NCBI GenBank assembly: GCA_028285595.1
Contig: JANQOW010000048.1
Location: 25,495 to 89,494, forward strand
Direction: 5' to 3'
DNA: 64,000 bases
Source: Hyphomicrobiales bacterium
Lineage (GTDB): Bacteria > Pseudomonadota > Alphaproteobacteria > Rhizobiales > CAJQND01
Below, in pieces: positions 55,639-64,000 of the stretch. The translations under genes were made by a program, and so were the position numbers. The notes beneath the pieces were generated by a model that saw only the letters and a program-made list of their open reading frames with translations, ran no database searches and had not been told where the DNA came from. The stretch's first letter is position 1. Every line of letters begins with the position of its first letter.

Positions 55639-56477
55639 TCCAGCGTGAAGCCCTTGTTGCGGACAAAGGCGCCAAACTGCTCGCGTTCCGGCTTTGCATA
55701 CTGTCTGGCCTTATCTTCCGACCATCCGTAGCGCTCGGCCTCTCCGAATGTATCTATGTCCCTTTGTGCGGTTATGGGCCGGTGCTGAGTACGCTCTTCA
55801 TCATAAGCCTCGATGTCGCCGCGAACGGTGCTGTCGTCAAACCGGTCCTTATGCAGTGTCGTTGAGAGCGGCAGGCGCATGGTCACCCGTGGCGGAAACT
55901 TCGGCCAGCCAAGCGCCAGCCCGGCAACGGGAAAGACATGGTCGGGCAGGCCCAAAAGATCACTGACGGTGCCGGCGTCATTGCGAATGGCGCTGATGGG
56001 GCAACAGCCAAGACCTATGGCCTCAGCGGCCTGCATAAAACCGGCAAGAGCGATGCCCGCATCAACCGCGGGATTAAAAAACGCGTCCAGGTGATCGTTC
56101 ACGAACGGCTTGCCGCGCCAATCGTGCAGTTGGCGCTGGCGCCGATTGTTGCCGCAAAACACCAGAAGGTGAGGGGCGTTCTCAATCCAGGCCTGGGCCA
56201 GTGGACCGCTGGTGAGGATCCGGTTCAACTCAAGCCGCAGACCTTCATCTTCCACCATGATGATGTCACGCTGCTGAAGATCGCTTTTCGACGGGCTGCA
56301 GAACGCCAGAGCGCACAGAAGTTCGATGAGTTCGCCCGGCACCTCCTGCTCGGTGAAATGGCGGCAAGACCCGCGTCCGGCGATGTGCTGCCAAGTCTCA
56401 GGAGCATCAGCGGTTGAAAAGTGGGGGCAGGCGGCACCGAAGCGTTCGGCGAGAAGGGCGGCAAGCGTGTCACTCAT
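55635..56477 (-). CDS. nitroreductase family (NfsA-like NADPH-dependent) oxidoreductase
   Basis: GSCRHFTEQEVP and SPSKSDLQQRDIIMV. ATG 56477 is preferred over TTG 56510. Confidence 0.75.
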   Translation of the reverse strand: MSDTLAALLAERFGAACPHFSTADAPETWQHIAGRGSCRHFTEQEVPGELIELLCALAFCSPSKSDLQQRDIIMVEDEGLRLELNRILTSGPLAQAWIENAPHLLVFCGNNRRQRQLHDWRGKPFVNDHLDAFFNPAVDAGIALAGFMQAAEAIGLGCCPISAIRNDAGTVSDLLGLPDHVFPVAGLALGWPKFPPRVTMRLPLSTTLHKDRFDDSTVRGDIEAYDEERTQHRPITAQRDIDTFGEAERYGWSEDKARQYAKPEREQFGAFVRNKGFTLD

Positions 56478-57036
56478 TGGTCTTGGATCCCGTGTGTTCG
56501 GAGAGCTCAAGCTGCATAGAACCTATGGGCCAGGCAAAGATCAACACCCATGCCGGGGCGAGATGATTCGGAGCGTCTTGGTGAAGGAAGCATTGAGGAT
56601 ATGCGGGAAATTTTAATCTTCGGCGCAATGATTTTTTGAGAGTTCGTGCTCTAAGGGTAGCGCGGGATCGAGGCCATACCACCCTCACGCAGGGCGGACC
56701 GGGGCGCACAGAAAGAGCAGATCTTGTCACAGCAGCAATCAGAGATTGGGGGGCTGCACACCGCCATTCTTGATGCCCGCGCGCGGGCAAAGGAGCTTAA
56801 GTTACCCTTTGTCGTCTATCTGCTGGATTTGGCGATTGCGGCCCTCAAGCAGGAGTGCGCCGAGCGGTAATTTGAGACTTGTGTGCTCAAGAACCGATCG
56901 CCTAGGCCAAATTAGCTGCCGCTTACGTCAACGTTCGGCTTGCAAAATCGCGGCCTATTGTGTACCCCCGAAACTGCAGTTACCGGGGGGTAGGAAATGA
57001 TGCGGTCAAATTGTTTCGTCCTCCATCAGGGTAATT

Positions 57037-57447
57037 GTGACCAATATAGAAGAATTCTCCCGGCCATACCTCCAACTGTTATCGGAGAGCGATGTTGAAT
57101 CCGACGTGATCAGCCGTCACATTGTCGGCCTCATTCGCAATCTCTACATCAGCTATCCAGATCCCGTGCTTGTGCCATCCGAGCCTGGTGACGCAGAGCT
57201 TGGCCCCCTGAACGGCCGCATCGTCGGTTGGCTGACCGGCGAGCACTTCGTCAAGGTCGACCAAAACCGCATTTGGCTCACCTTCAGCGGGCGCGAGACG
57301 ATCCGGCGAACCGCTGAGACGGCGCCGTCCTATTCCGCCTTCTTTGAGGACGCTGGGAGTGTGCCTCCGGCCCATGCGATAGATCTCGTGCTGGCGCTCC
57401 TGAGAACCCATTTTGAGCGGGGTAGGGTCTCCGGTCATCGCTCATAG
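57037..57447 (+). CDS. hypothetical protein
   Basis: 136-aa ORF with a GTG start. No family recognised. Confidence 0.45.
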   Translation: MTNIEEFSRPYLQLLSESDVESDVISRHIVGLIRNLYISYPDPVLVPSEPGDAELGPLNGRIVGWLTGEHFVKVDQNRIWLTFSGRETIRRTAETAPSYSAFFEDAGSVPPAHAIDLVLALLRTHFERGRVSGHRS

Positions 57448-57531
57448 GGGGAACTGGCGCGGCACCTTCCAGGTGTGTTAAGGGGCTAACAGCAGCGTCC
57501 TGCTGTGGGCAGACAGTGATCTTGAGGAAAC

Positions 57532-58755
57532 GTGGGCGTCTTCAAACGATCTGAACCGTCGTTGTTCAGTAACCCCCAGTTCGTGCGCGTTTGGACGGTC
57601 GGGTGCCTGACCGGGGTGGTGCGCTGGCTGGAGCTGCTTGCATTTGGTCTTTATGCCTTTGATGTCACGGCATCGCCCGTGCTGGTCGCCTTGCTGGCGC
57701 TCCTCAGGTTTGCCCCGCTGGCCCTGTTCGGTGTCTTTGTGGGTGCCGTTGCCGATCTCATCGATGCGCGCAAGCTGCTGATCGCCGCTTTGATCGCCAT
57801 CAGCCTGGTCAACGGGACGATGCTCGCGCTTTTCCTCCTGGATTTGGCGCTGTACTGGCACGTTGCGGTGGCCGCTTTCCTGTCCGGGGTGTTTTGGTCC
57901 GGTGATCTGCCCTTAAGACGCAGAATGATCGGCGAACTGGTGCCGTTTGAGCGCCTTGCAGAAGCCATGGCGCTGGACAACGCCACCAGCAACGGGACCC
58001 GCATGATCGGGCCGCTGATCGGCGGTGTGCTGTATGAGTTGGTGAGCGTCACAGGCGTCTTTGCCCTTGGCACCGTTTTGCACCTGATCTCGTTGGTTTT
58101 GATCCTGGGGGTGGCGTATTCAGCGGTTCTGGACCGGCCGGAGGCCGGCAGCATCATCATGCGGCCCATTCGCGGCGCGGCGCGGGCATTGTCCTTTTCC
58201 TGGGGCAGCGATGACGTGATGCGCATCTTTGCCGTCACCATTGTGTTCAATCTGTGGGGATTTCCGTTTTTGGCCATGATCCCCGTCATCGGCAAAGACG
58301 AGCTTGGTCTGAACGATGCAGCGATCGGCTATCTGACCGCGCTGGAAGGGGCATTTGCCCTTCTGGGCGCCGTCATTTTGGCCCGTCTGGCCCGCCCGGC
58401 GATGTTCCGCAAGATCTATTATTACGGCAACTTTGCCTACTTGGGAGCGGTGTTCTTTATGGGGGCTGTGCCCGGTCTCATTCCCCTGACGGTGGGACTG
58501 ATTGCTGCGGGAAGCTTCGCGGCCTGCTTTTCCACCATGCAAAGCACGTTGATCTACTCAGTGGCTCCGGCGGAAATGCGCGGACGGCTTTTGGGTCTGA
58601 TGACCATATGCATCGGGACCGGGGTGATTGGATTTGCCAATGTGGGCCTCACCGCGGAGCTCTTTGGCGCCTCAAACGCGGTGTGGATCATCGCACTGGA
58701 AGGCTTGGTGCCTATGTTGCTCATCGGATGGCGCTGGCGCGAGCTGCACACGTGA
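57532..58755 (+). CDS. MFS transporter
   Basis: 407 aa with about 12 hydrophobic segments. GDLPLRRRMIGE is an MFS loop 2-3-like motif. Confidence 0.8.
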   Translation: MGVFKRSEPSLFSNPQFVRVWTVGCLTGVVRWLELLAFGLYAFDVTASPVLVALLALLRFAPLALFGVFVGAVADLIDARKLLIAALIAISLVNGTMLALFLLDLALYWHVAVAAFLSGVFWSGDLPLRRRMIGELVPFERLAEAMALDNATSNGTRMIGPLIGGVLYELVSVTGVFALGTVLHLISLVLILGVAYSAVLDRPEAGSIIMRPIRGAARALSFSWGSDDVMRIFAVTIVFNLWGFPFLAMIPVIGKDELGLNDAAIGYLTALEGAFALLGAVILARLARPAMFRKIYYYGNFAYLGAVFFMGAVPGLIPLTVGLIAAGSFAACFSTMQSTLIYSVAPAEMRGRLLGLMTICIGTGVIGFANVGLTAELFGASNAVWIIALEGLVPMLLIGWRWRELHT

Positions 58756-58826
58756 TGGTTATTTGTATTTGAACAGTTCCGTGTGCAGATAAAAGGCGCG
58801 CGATAACATCCTTGGATCTGATCACG

Positions 58827-59447
58827 ATGAAGACATTCTATGCTCTCCTTGTTTCCACCACTGTGCTTGCAGGAGGTTACGGGGCCACTGCCGCGAAGGC
58901 TGAAGAGACGAAACAGGCCATTTTTGCCGGTGGTTGCTTCTGGTGCGTGGAGAAAGACTTTGATCATGTGCCCGGCGTCTTGAAGACCGTTTCCGGCTAC
59001 ATTGGCGGCAATACGGACAGCCCGACCTATCAAAACCACTCTGCCGGGCGGCATCGCGAAGCCGTTCAAATCACCTACAACCCCGAAAAGGTGACCTATA
59101 AGCAGCTACTTCACGTCTTCTGGCGAAGCGTGGACCCCACCGATGCGGGCGGTCAATTCTGTGACCGTGGCCACAGCTACACAACCGCAATTTACGGCAT
59201 TGGCGAGGATCAGCTGAAGCAGGCCGCGGCCTCCAAGGAAGAACTGGAGAAATCAGGTGTTCTGAAGGCGCCTGTGGCCACGTCCGTTGAGGAAGCAGGT
59301 ATCTTTTGGCCGGCTGAAGACTATCACCAGGACTATTACAAGAAGAACCCGACCCGCTATAAGCTCTACCGGTTTGGCTGCGGCCGAGACCGCAAGGTGG
59401 TGTCGGTCTGGGGTGATCAGGCGCATGCCGGTATAGCCCCGCACTAG
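58827..59447 (+). CDS. msrA: peptide-methionine (S)-S-oxide reductase, exported form
   Basis: Signal-like MKTFYALLVSTTVLAGG, then AIFAGGCFWCVE (GCFWC active site). Confidence 0.9.
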   Translation: MKTFYALLVSTTVLAGGYGATAAKAEETKQAIFAGGCFWCVEKDFDHVPGVLKTVSGYIGGNTDSPTYQNHSAGRHREAVQITYNPEKVTYKQLLHVFWRSVDPTDAGGQFCDRGHSYTTAIYGIGEDQLKQAAASKEELEKSGVLKAPVATSVEEAGIFWPAEDYHQDYYKKNPTRYKLYRFGCGRDRKVVSVWGDQAHAGIAPH

Positions 59448-59518
59448 CAACCAGGGTCATATCCCGCAGATCTCTTGGCAAATCCCTCCGTGCCGGTGTA
59501 GCTTTTCGCTCATTCGGC

Positions 59519-60874
59519 ATGAGGGATGGCCACTTCTTGAACAGGTTTTACAAATGCTGTGCGACAGGCGCCCTGGCCTTGATGGGCATTGGCGAACCTG
59601 CGGGCGCCGAAACACTTCATTTCAGCGGAGCTTGCAGTGCAGGCGACCGGCTGACCGTTGCCGCCGTGGGCGATCTCTTGTTCCACAAGAAGCTGCAAGC
59701 CCAGGCTTATAGCAAGAACAGCTCGTTCAAGCGCTTTTTCACACCGGTCTTGAAGGTACTGAAAGGCGCGGACCTGACATACGGTAATTTGGAGGGGCCC
59801 GCCGCCAGGGGGGTCGGTCCAAACGGTCGGGCCGTGAAGGATCCGGGAAAGCGTCTGGGCGTTGTCTATGGCGCACCCCTTAAATCCCTGGCGTTCAATT
59901 ATCATCCCTCTGTGGTTGCCGACCTTAAGGAGAGCGGGTTCGACGTTCTTTCAACGGCGAACAATCACTCCATGGACCGCGGTGCTTTAGGCGCTGACCG
60001 CACGGTGGACACCCTGCGTAAGGCCGGCCTGCCGTTCACCGGGTCGCGCAAGCGCAGTGATGCGCCCGGGCCCTGGCATGTGATCACCAAGGCCAAAGGC
60101 TTCACGGTGGCTTGGTTGGGCTGCACCTATTCCACCAACGGCATTCCCGATCCGAAAAACCAGATCTTGCACTGTTATAAGCAGAAGGGTGAAATTCTAA
60201 GCGAGATCAAAGCGTTGCGCGCCGATTCTGAGATGGATGCCATCTTTCTGACCCCGCACTGGGGTGTTGAGAACCGCCACAAGCCGGGCGCCCGGCAGAA
60301 GGATCTGGCGCGGGCTGCCATCGAGGCAGGAGCAACCGCTGTGTTTGGAGCGCACCCCCATGTGCTGCAACCCTGGGAGAAGGTGGTTGCTGCAGACGAG
60401 CGTGAAGGCCTGGTGGTCTATTCTGCCGGCAACTTCATCTCCAACCAGCGCCAAACCGCAGAGCGGGCCGGCATCATTGCGGTTGTTGAGCTTGTGCGGC
60501 CGGTTGGCGGAAAAGCGCGGCTGGCTGCGGCCGGCTATATTCCAACCTGGGTGCAAATTGACGCCAAGGGCCACCGGGTCAGTTTCAACACCAGTTCCAA
60601 AGGGCGCACTGGGGAAGCCTTGGCAAGAACCTTAGGATTGCTGCCGGCGGGAAACCGAATTGCCCCCAAGTGGCCGGTTGTGTTACCCACCGATTGTGAA
60701 AACTCAGTCTTTACGGCCCCAAAAGGCCCGAAACCGGACCGCTATTGGGTCCGCAACATTGACTCTCCAAAATCCGGCCGCAGCCGAAAGGCCAAAAGCA
60801 CCAACGTCTGGAACCGCGTGTTCAGCGGGACATCCAAGCGGAAGCGCCAACGGCGGACCGGCTCGACGCGCTAG
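59519..60874 (+). CDS. CapA family (PGA_cap metallophosphatase-like) protein
   Basis: AAVGDLLFH, YGNLEGP, STANNHSMDRG, PHWGVE, GAHPHVLQPWE and YSAGNFISNQ. Confidence 0.8.
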   Translation: MRDGHFLNRFYKCCATGALALMGIGEPAGAETLHFSGACSAGDRLTVAAVGDLLFHKKLQAQAYSKNSSFKRFFTPVLKVLKGADLTYGNLEGPAARGVGPNGRAVKDPGKRLGVVYGAPLKSLAFNYHPSVVADLKESGFDVLSTANNHSMDRGALGADRTVDTLRKAGLPFTGSRKRSDAPGPWHVITKAKGFTVAWLGCTYSTNGIPDPKNQILHCYKQKGEILSEIKALRADSEMDAIFLTPHWGVENRHKPGARQKDLARAAIEAGATAVFGAHPHVLQPWEKVVAADEREGLVVYSAGNFISNQRQTAERAGIIAVVELVRPVGGKARLAAAGYIPTWVQIDAKGHRVSFNTSSKGRTGEALARTLGLLPAGNRIAPKWPVVLPTDCENSVFTAPKGPKPDRYWVRNIDSPKSGRSRKAKSTNVWNRVFSGTSKRKRQRRTGSTR

Positions 60875-60916
60875 CTCAGACGTTCTGCCCATTTCGTTCA
60901 TTGAGGAGGTAACGCC

Positions 60917-61753
60917 ATGCCCTTGGAGTATGATGAATTCGCCATCCGGAAGGCCTTACGGCAATGTTGGTCTTTGGACACGGCGCCCCAATGGTCGGCG
61001 GAGAACCCTGCCAATGGCCAGTGCAATGTGACCGCCGCCGTGATCCACGATGTGTTCGGTGGTGAGATCCTGCGCACCAAGATGCCTGGTGTCTGGCACT
61101 ATTACAATCAGATCGACGGGAGGCGGGCCGACTTGAGTGACAGCCAGTTCACCGACCCCGGCGCCAGGTTTGAAGCCCCTGATCCTTATCAGGACGAACT
61201 TTCCAGCCGTGATGCGGCCATGGAGGGGATCCCTGAGCGCGAGTATGTGGCGCTGAAGACCGCACTGTTGGCCGCACTGCCTCCCTACGAAGGCGGTTGT
61301 GCATGCGGGGCCGTGCGATATCGCCTGACCTCAGCACCCATGTTCGTTCATTGTTGCCATTGCACCTGGTGCCAGCGTGAAAGTGGAGCGGCTTTTGCGC
61401 TCAACGCGTTGATTGAGGCAGACCGCGTGGTTTTGCTCAGCGGTGAGCCGGAGCGGGTGGCGACCCCGTCGGTGCATCCTGATGGACAGGAGTATTGCAG
61501 GTGTCCGCACTGCAAGGTTGCGCTCTGGAGCCATTATCCCATGGCCGAGGTCGGGCGCCATAAAGTGTGCTTTGTGCGGGTGGGGACTCTGGACGAGCCG
61601 CAGCACGTGCCGCCGGACATCCATATCTACACCTCAACCAAGCAGCCCTGGTTTCAGTTAGACGGCAAGGCGCAAGTGTTCTGCGAACACTACGACCGGG
61701 CCAAGGTTTGGCCCGCCGATCGCTATGCCAGGTTGCAGGCGCTTAGCGCCTGA
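60917..61753 (+). CDS. two-domain protein: YunG-like N-terminal domain fused to GFA (glutathione-dependent formaldehyde-activating / CENP-V) domain
   Basis: The C-terminal half carries CACGAVRY...HCCHCTWCQRESG...CPHCKVALW, the GFA Cys-rich Zn motifs. The N-terminal QCWSLDTAPQWSAENPANGQCNVTAAVIHD resembles the YunG family, which is my recollection only. Confidence 0.65.
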   Translation: MPLEYDEFAIRKALRQCWSLDTAPQWSAENPANGQCNVTAAVIHDVFGGEILRTKMPGVWHYYNQIDGRRADLSDSQFTDPGARFEAPDPYQDELSSRDAAMEGIPEREYVALKTALLAALPPYEGGCACGAVRYRLTSAPMFVHCCHCTWCQRESGAAFALNALIEADRVVLLSGEPERVATPSVHPDGQEYCRCPHCKVALWSHYPMAEVGRHKVCFVRVGTLDEPQHVPPDIHIYTSTKQPWFQLDGKAQVFCEHYDRAKVWPADRYARLQALSA

Positions 61754-61806
61754 TGCAGCGCCCGAGCAAGGCCCGGGCGCTGGTATTGGACAGGACGATT
61801 GGGCGA

Positions 61807-62415
61807 TTACCGGCGCTTGCGGTTGCTGCGGCTCTTATAGCCCTGGCGGTGATTGCTACGCACCTTGAAGCCCTTGGTTTTGCGGTTGCGCTTGAACTCG
61901 CGGCTCATCCGCTTGCGGGTATTCCGGTTTAGCTTGCGGTCGCGCTTCTGGGCGCGCTTGGCTTTACGCCGTTCCTGGCGCGTTTGCTTTGCGGTTTCGG
62001 TTTTTTGACCTTCCGCCCGGGTGGTCGGGGCGGTTTTTGCCGGCCTCTTGGTGATCACTCTCTTTTTGGCCGGACGCTTCTTGTCCAAACCCAGATCTTC
62101 CCGCGTGATGCCTTGATTTGGGGGACGCTGATCAAGGCCCAGATCCTCGCGGGTGATGCCCTGGTTCGGCGGGCGCTGGTTAAGGCCGAGATCTTCGCGG
62201 CTGATCCCATCATTGGGCGGAGAGACGGGGCGGCGGATGATCCCGCGAGGGGCGATCCGCCCCGGAGCCCGTTTTGCAGCCGCGGTGGGGGCTTGTACGT
62301 CATTGAGGCTGATGGCTTCAGCGGTGCTGGCCGTGGTTACAGCCGTGGCCAGAGTCAGCGCTCCGGCCAGGGTAAAGGCGGCCGGTAACGCCATGAGAAA
62401 GGTTATACGTTTCAT
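61807..62415 (-). CDS. secreted repeat protein with extremely basic C-terminal tail
   Basis: Start MKRITFLMALPAAFTLAGALTLATA (signal peptide). Three 16-aa repeats of PPN(D/Q)GI(S/T)REDLGL(N/D)(Q/K)(R/K). The last ~90 aa are dominated by K/R. Confidence 0.65.
   Translation of the reverse strand: MKRITFLMALPAAFTLAGALTLATAVTTASTAEAISLNDVQAPTAAAKRAPGRIAPRGIIRRPVSPPNDGISREDLGLNQRPPNQGITREDLGLDQRPPNQGITREDLGLDKKRPAKKRVITKRPAKTAPTTRAEGQKTETAKQTRQERRKAKRAQKRDRKLNRNTRKRMSREFKRNRKTKGFKVRSNHRQGYKSRSNRKRR
62084..62227. repeat. 48-bp tandem repeat x3 inside the CDS
   Basis: cccagatcttcccgcgtgatgccttgatttggggg, cccagatcctcgcgggtgatgccctggttcggcgg and ccgagatcttcgcggctgatcccatcattgggcgg. Confidence 0.8.
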
Positions 62416-62687
62416 TGTTGTGATCCTTGTTGTTGCTTTTGGCGCAGATGTGCGTGAGCCGGTCCAAAGGTTGCCGAACGCGCTGGAGCGCGAGCAGAAG
62501 CTTCCAGCAGGGCACCTTGGTTGCCGGTCACGCCATCCGGTGATTTTGGGTGTGTGGTTCTTAGGGGTTACCCGCAACCCGTGGCTTTAACGACGGTGAA
62601 GGAGCGGTCTTCACCACGGGTTGCGGGGAGGGCGGCGCTAGGGCCTGGAGGGTCCCTTGCGCCTCAACCTGATCGGTCGGGTTCAGC

Positions 62688-63014
62688 TTAGTAGTAGAAA
62701 CCGCCGTGTACGCATTTGCGGTACTGCCTCCACCAGTAGCGCGAACCGGTCCACTTGGCTTTCCGGTGGAAGTAGCCGCAGCCGCGGTATCCATAGCCGT
62801 AGTGCTTGAAGCCGTGGCCGTAGTGCCAGCCATGGCCGAAGTGACGCTTGTGGCCGCGGAAGCGCTTAAAGCGTTTACCGCCATTGTGGCCAACCTTTTG
62901 AACCAGGTCGGCGTTCTGGAAGCCGTTGGCAGACGCTGTGCCGGCGTTCGCCGGAGCGGCCAGGGCCATTGCACCAGCGACTGCTGCTGCGATTGCGATC
63001 ATTTTCGTGTTCAT
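62688..63014 (-). CDS. secreted small basic His/Gly/Tyr-rich protein
   Basis: Signal MNTKMIAIAAAVAGAMALAAPANA, then GHKRHFGHGWHYGHGFKHYGYGYRGCGYFHRKAKW. Confidence 0.6.
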   Translation of the reverse strand: MNTKMIAIAAAVAGAMALAAPANAGTASANGFQNADLVQKVGHNGGKRFKRFRGHKRHFGHGWHYGHGFKHYGYGYRGCGYFHRKAKWTGSRYWWRQYRKCVHGGFYY

Positions 63015-63249
63015 TTTCTCGTTCCTTTGTTTGTTTTGGGCGCCGCGCTTTGTGCGGCGTTGTTGAGGAACGTTATGCAGCAGTTCTGTATCGGTCTGAT
63101 TTCTGAAAAAGGGGTTTCGTGTTTCGTTTGTTGGACGGCCTGTTTCGATTGTTTCAGGCTTTAAAGCCTATTGCTTGGTTTTGGAGGGCCGGACCTTTAG
63201 ATTGGCTTGAAGGCTCGATGATTCGTGCGGACAGGGGCGCCGGTGTTGG

Positions 63250-64000
63250 ATGGCACTGAACTCAATGACAGGATTTTCCCGGGCAGACGGCACATTGGGG
63301 TCGGTGAGCTGGCACTGGGAGCTTAAAAGCGTGAATGGCCGCGGCCTTGATGTGCGCTGCCGCCTGCCGCAAGGTCTTGAGGCGCTGGAACAGCAGGTTC
63401 GCGCTGAGGTGTCGGCAAAGCTGACCCGCGGCAACTGCCAAATCTCCCTCACCCTGGTGCGCGATCAGGACCGGCGCGCCATCAAGATCAACGAAGATGT
63501 TTTGGAAGCTTTGGTGGCGGCGGCCAACAGGCTTCAGGGCAGGGTGGAGGCGGCACCTCCAACCTTGGACGGGCTTTTGGCGATCAAGGGCGTGGTTGAG
63601 GTTGCAGAGCCTGAAGAGACCGAAGCTGAGCGCGATGCCCTCAACGGCGCGCTTTTGGACAGCTTGAAGGGGGCTCTAGATGATCTGGCGCTGGCCCGCG
63701 CCGACGAGGGTGCCAAACTGGAAGACCTTTTGGCAGGCCAGGTCACGCAGATTGAAGACTTGGCGGCTGAGGCCCGCCGCTCGCCGGCCCGCACCCCTGA
63801 AGCCATCAAACAGCGTCTCGAGGACCAAGTGGCGAGACTTCTGGACGGGAGCGCCACCCTGGAAGCGGACCGGTTGCATCAAGAGGCCGTCCTGCTGTCA
63901 GCCAAAGCGGACATTCAGGAAGAACTGGACCGCTTGGATGCCCATGTGGCCGCGGCGCGCGATCTGCTCGCCGGGGGCGGTCCTCATGGCCGCAAGCTCG
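63250..64000 (+). CDS. yicC: YicC family stress-induced protein, 3'-truncated by window edge
   Basis: This frame is not in the ORF track because it has no stop in the window. MALNSMTGFSRADGTLGSVSWHWELKSVNGRGLDVRCRLP parallels the E. coli YicC N-terminus (SMTAYAR...WEMRSVNQRYLE). Confidence 0.8.
   Translation, partial: MALNSMTGFSRADGTLGSVSWHWELKSVNGRGLDVRCRLPQGLEALEQQVRAEVSAKLTRGNCQISLTLVRDQDRRAIKINEDVLEALVAAANRLQGRVEAAPPTLDGLLAIKGVVEVAEPEETEAERDALNGALLDSLKGALDDLALARADEGAKLEDLLAGQVTQIEDLAAEARRSPARTPEAIKQRLEDQVARLLDGSATLEADRLHQEAVLLSAKADIQEELDRLDAHVAAARDLLAGGGPHGRKL

Overview
This is a GC-rich chromosomal segment. Coding lines I counted reach about 72% G+C, while one intergenic stretch drops to 32-38%. 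It looks alphaproteobacterial: gatCAB, yajC-secDF followed by Mth938/NDUFAF3-like and squalene/phytoene-synthase-like genes, TTAA-N7-TTAA CtrA-type boxes, and RlpA/SPOR cell-wall genes. I cannot assign a genus. I support about 60 CDS, 2 tRNAs (Asn-GUU and Cys-GCA), several intergenic repeat elements and a few hairpin terminators. I found no rRNA, CRISPR array, transposase, integrase, phage gene or recognisable defence or secretion machinery. Most genes are housekeeping: ruvX, gatCAB, glmU/glmS, yajC-secD-secF, msrA, hspQ, rlpA and a 3'-truncated yicC. The rest are small catabolic modules: an MhpA-like hydroxylase with a VOC protein, a PrpD-like gene with hyuA and hyuB, and a long-type malyl-CoA lyase next to a family III CoA-transferase. 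I do not see a canonical, nameable novel system. The best candidates for a second look are these. (1) An orphan 1404-aa acidic protein made of three in-register A+B double modules, each module carrying one RTX-like motif (44233-48447). (2) A 625-bp AT-rich non-coding region with two CtrA boxes and clustered DnaA-box-like 9-mers (26782-27406). It lies inside a low-GC stretch of uncharacterised genes that abuts the 3' end of tRNA-Asn. (3) Two adjacent secreted, extremely basic low-complexity proteins (61807-63014). (4) A two-family mosaic of intergenic hairpin repeats, including a 264-bp tandem duplication (4405-4963, 18018-18157, 21014-21117). All functional calls come from reading motifs in the supplied translations. 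No database search was possible.
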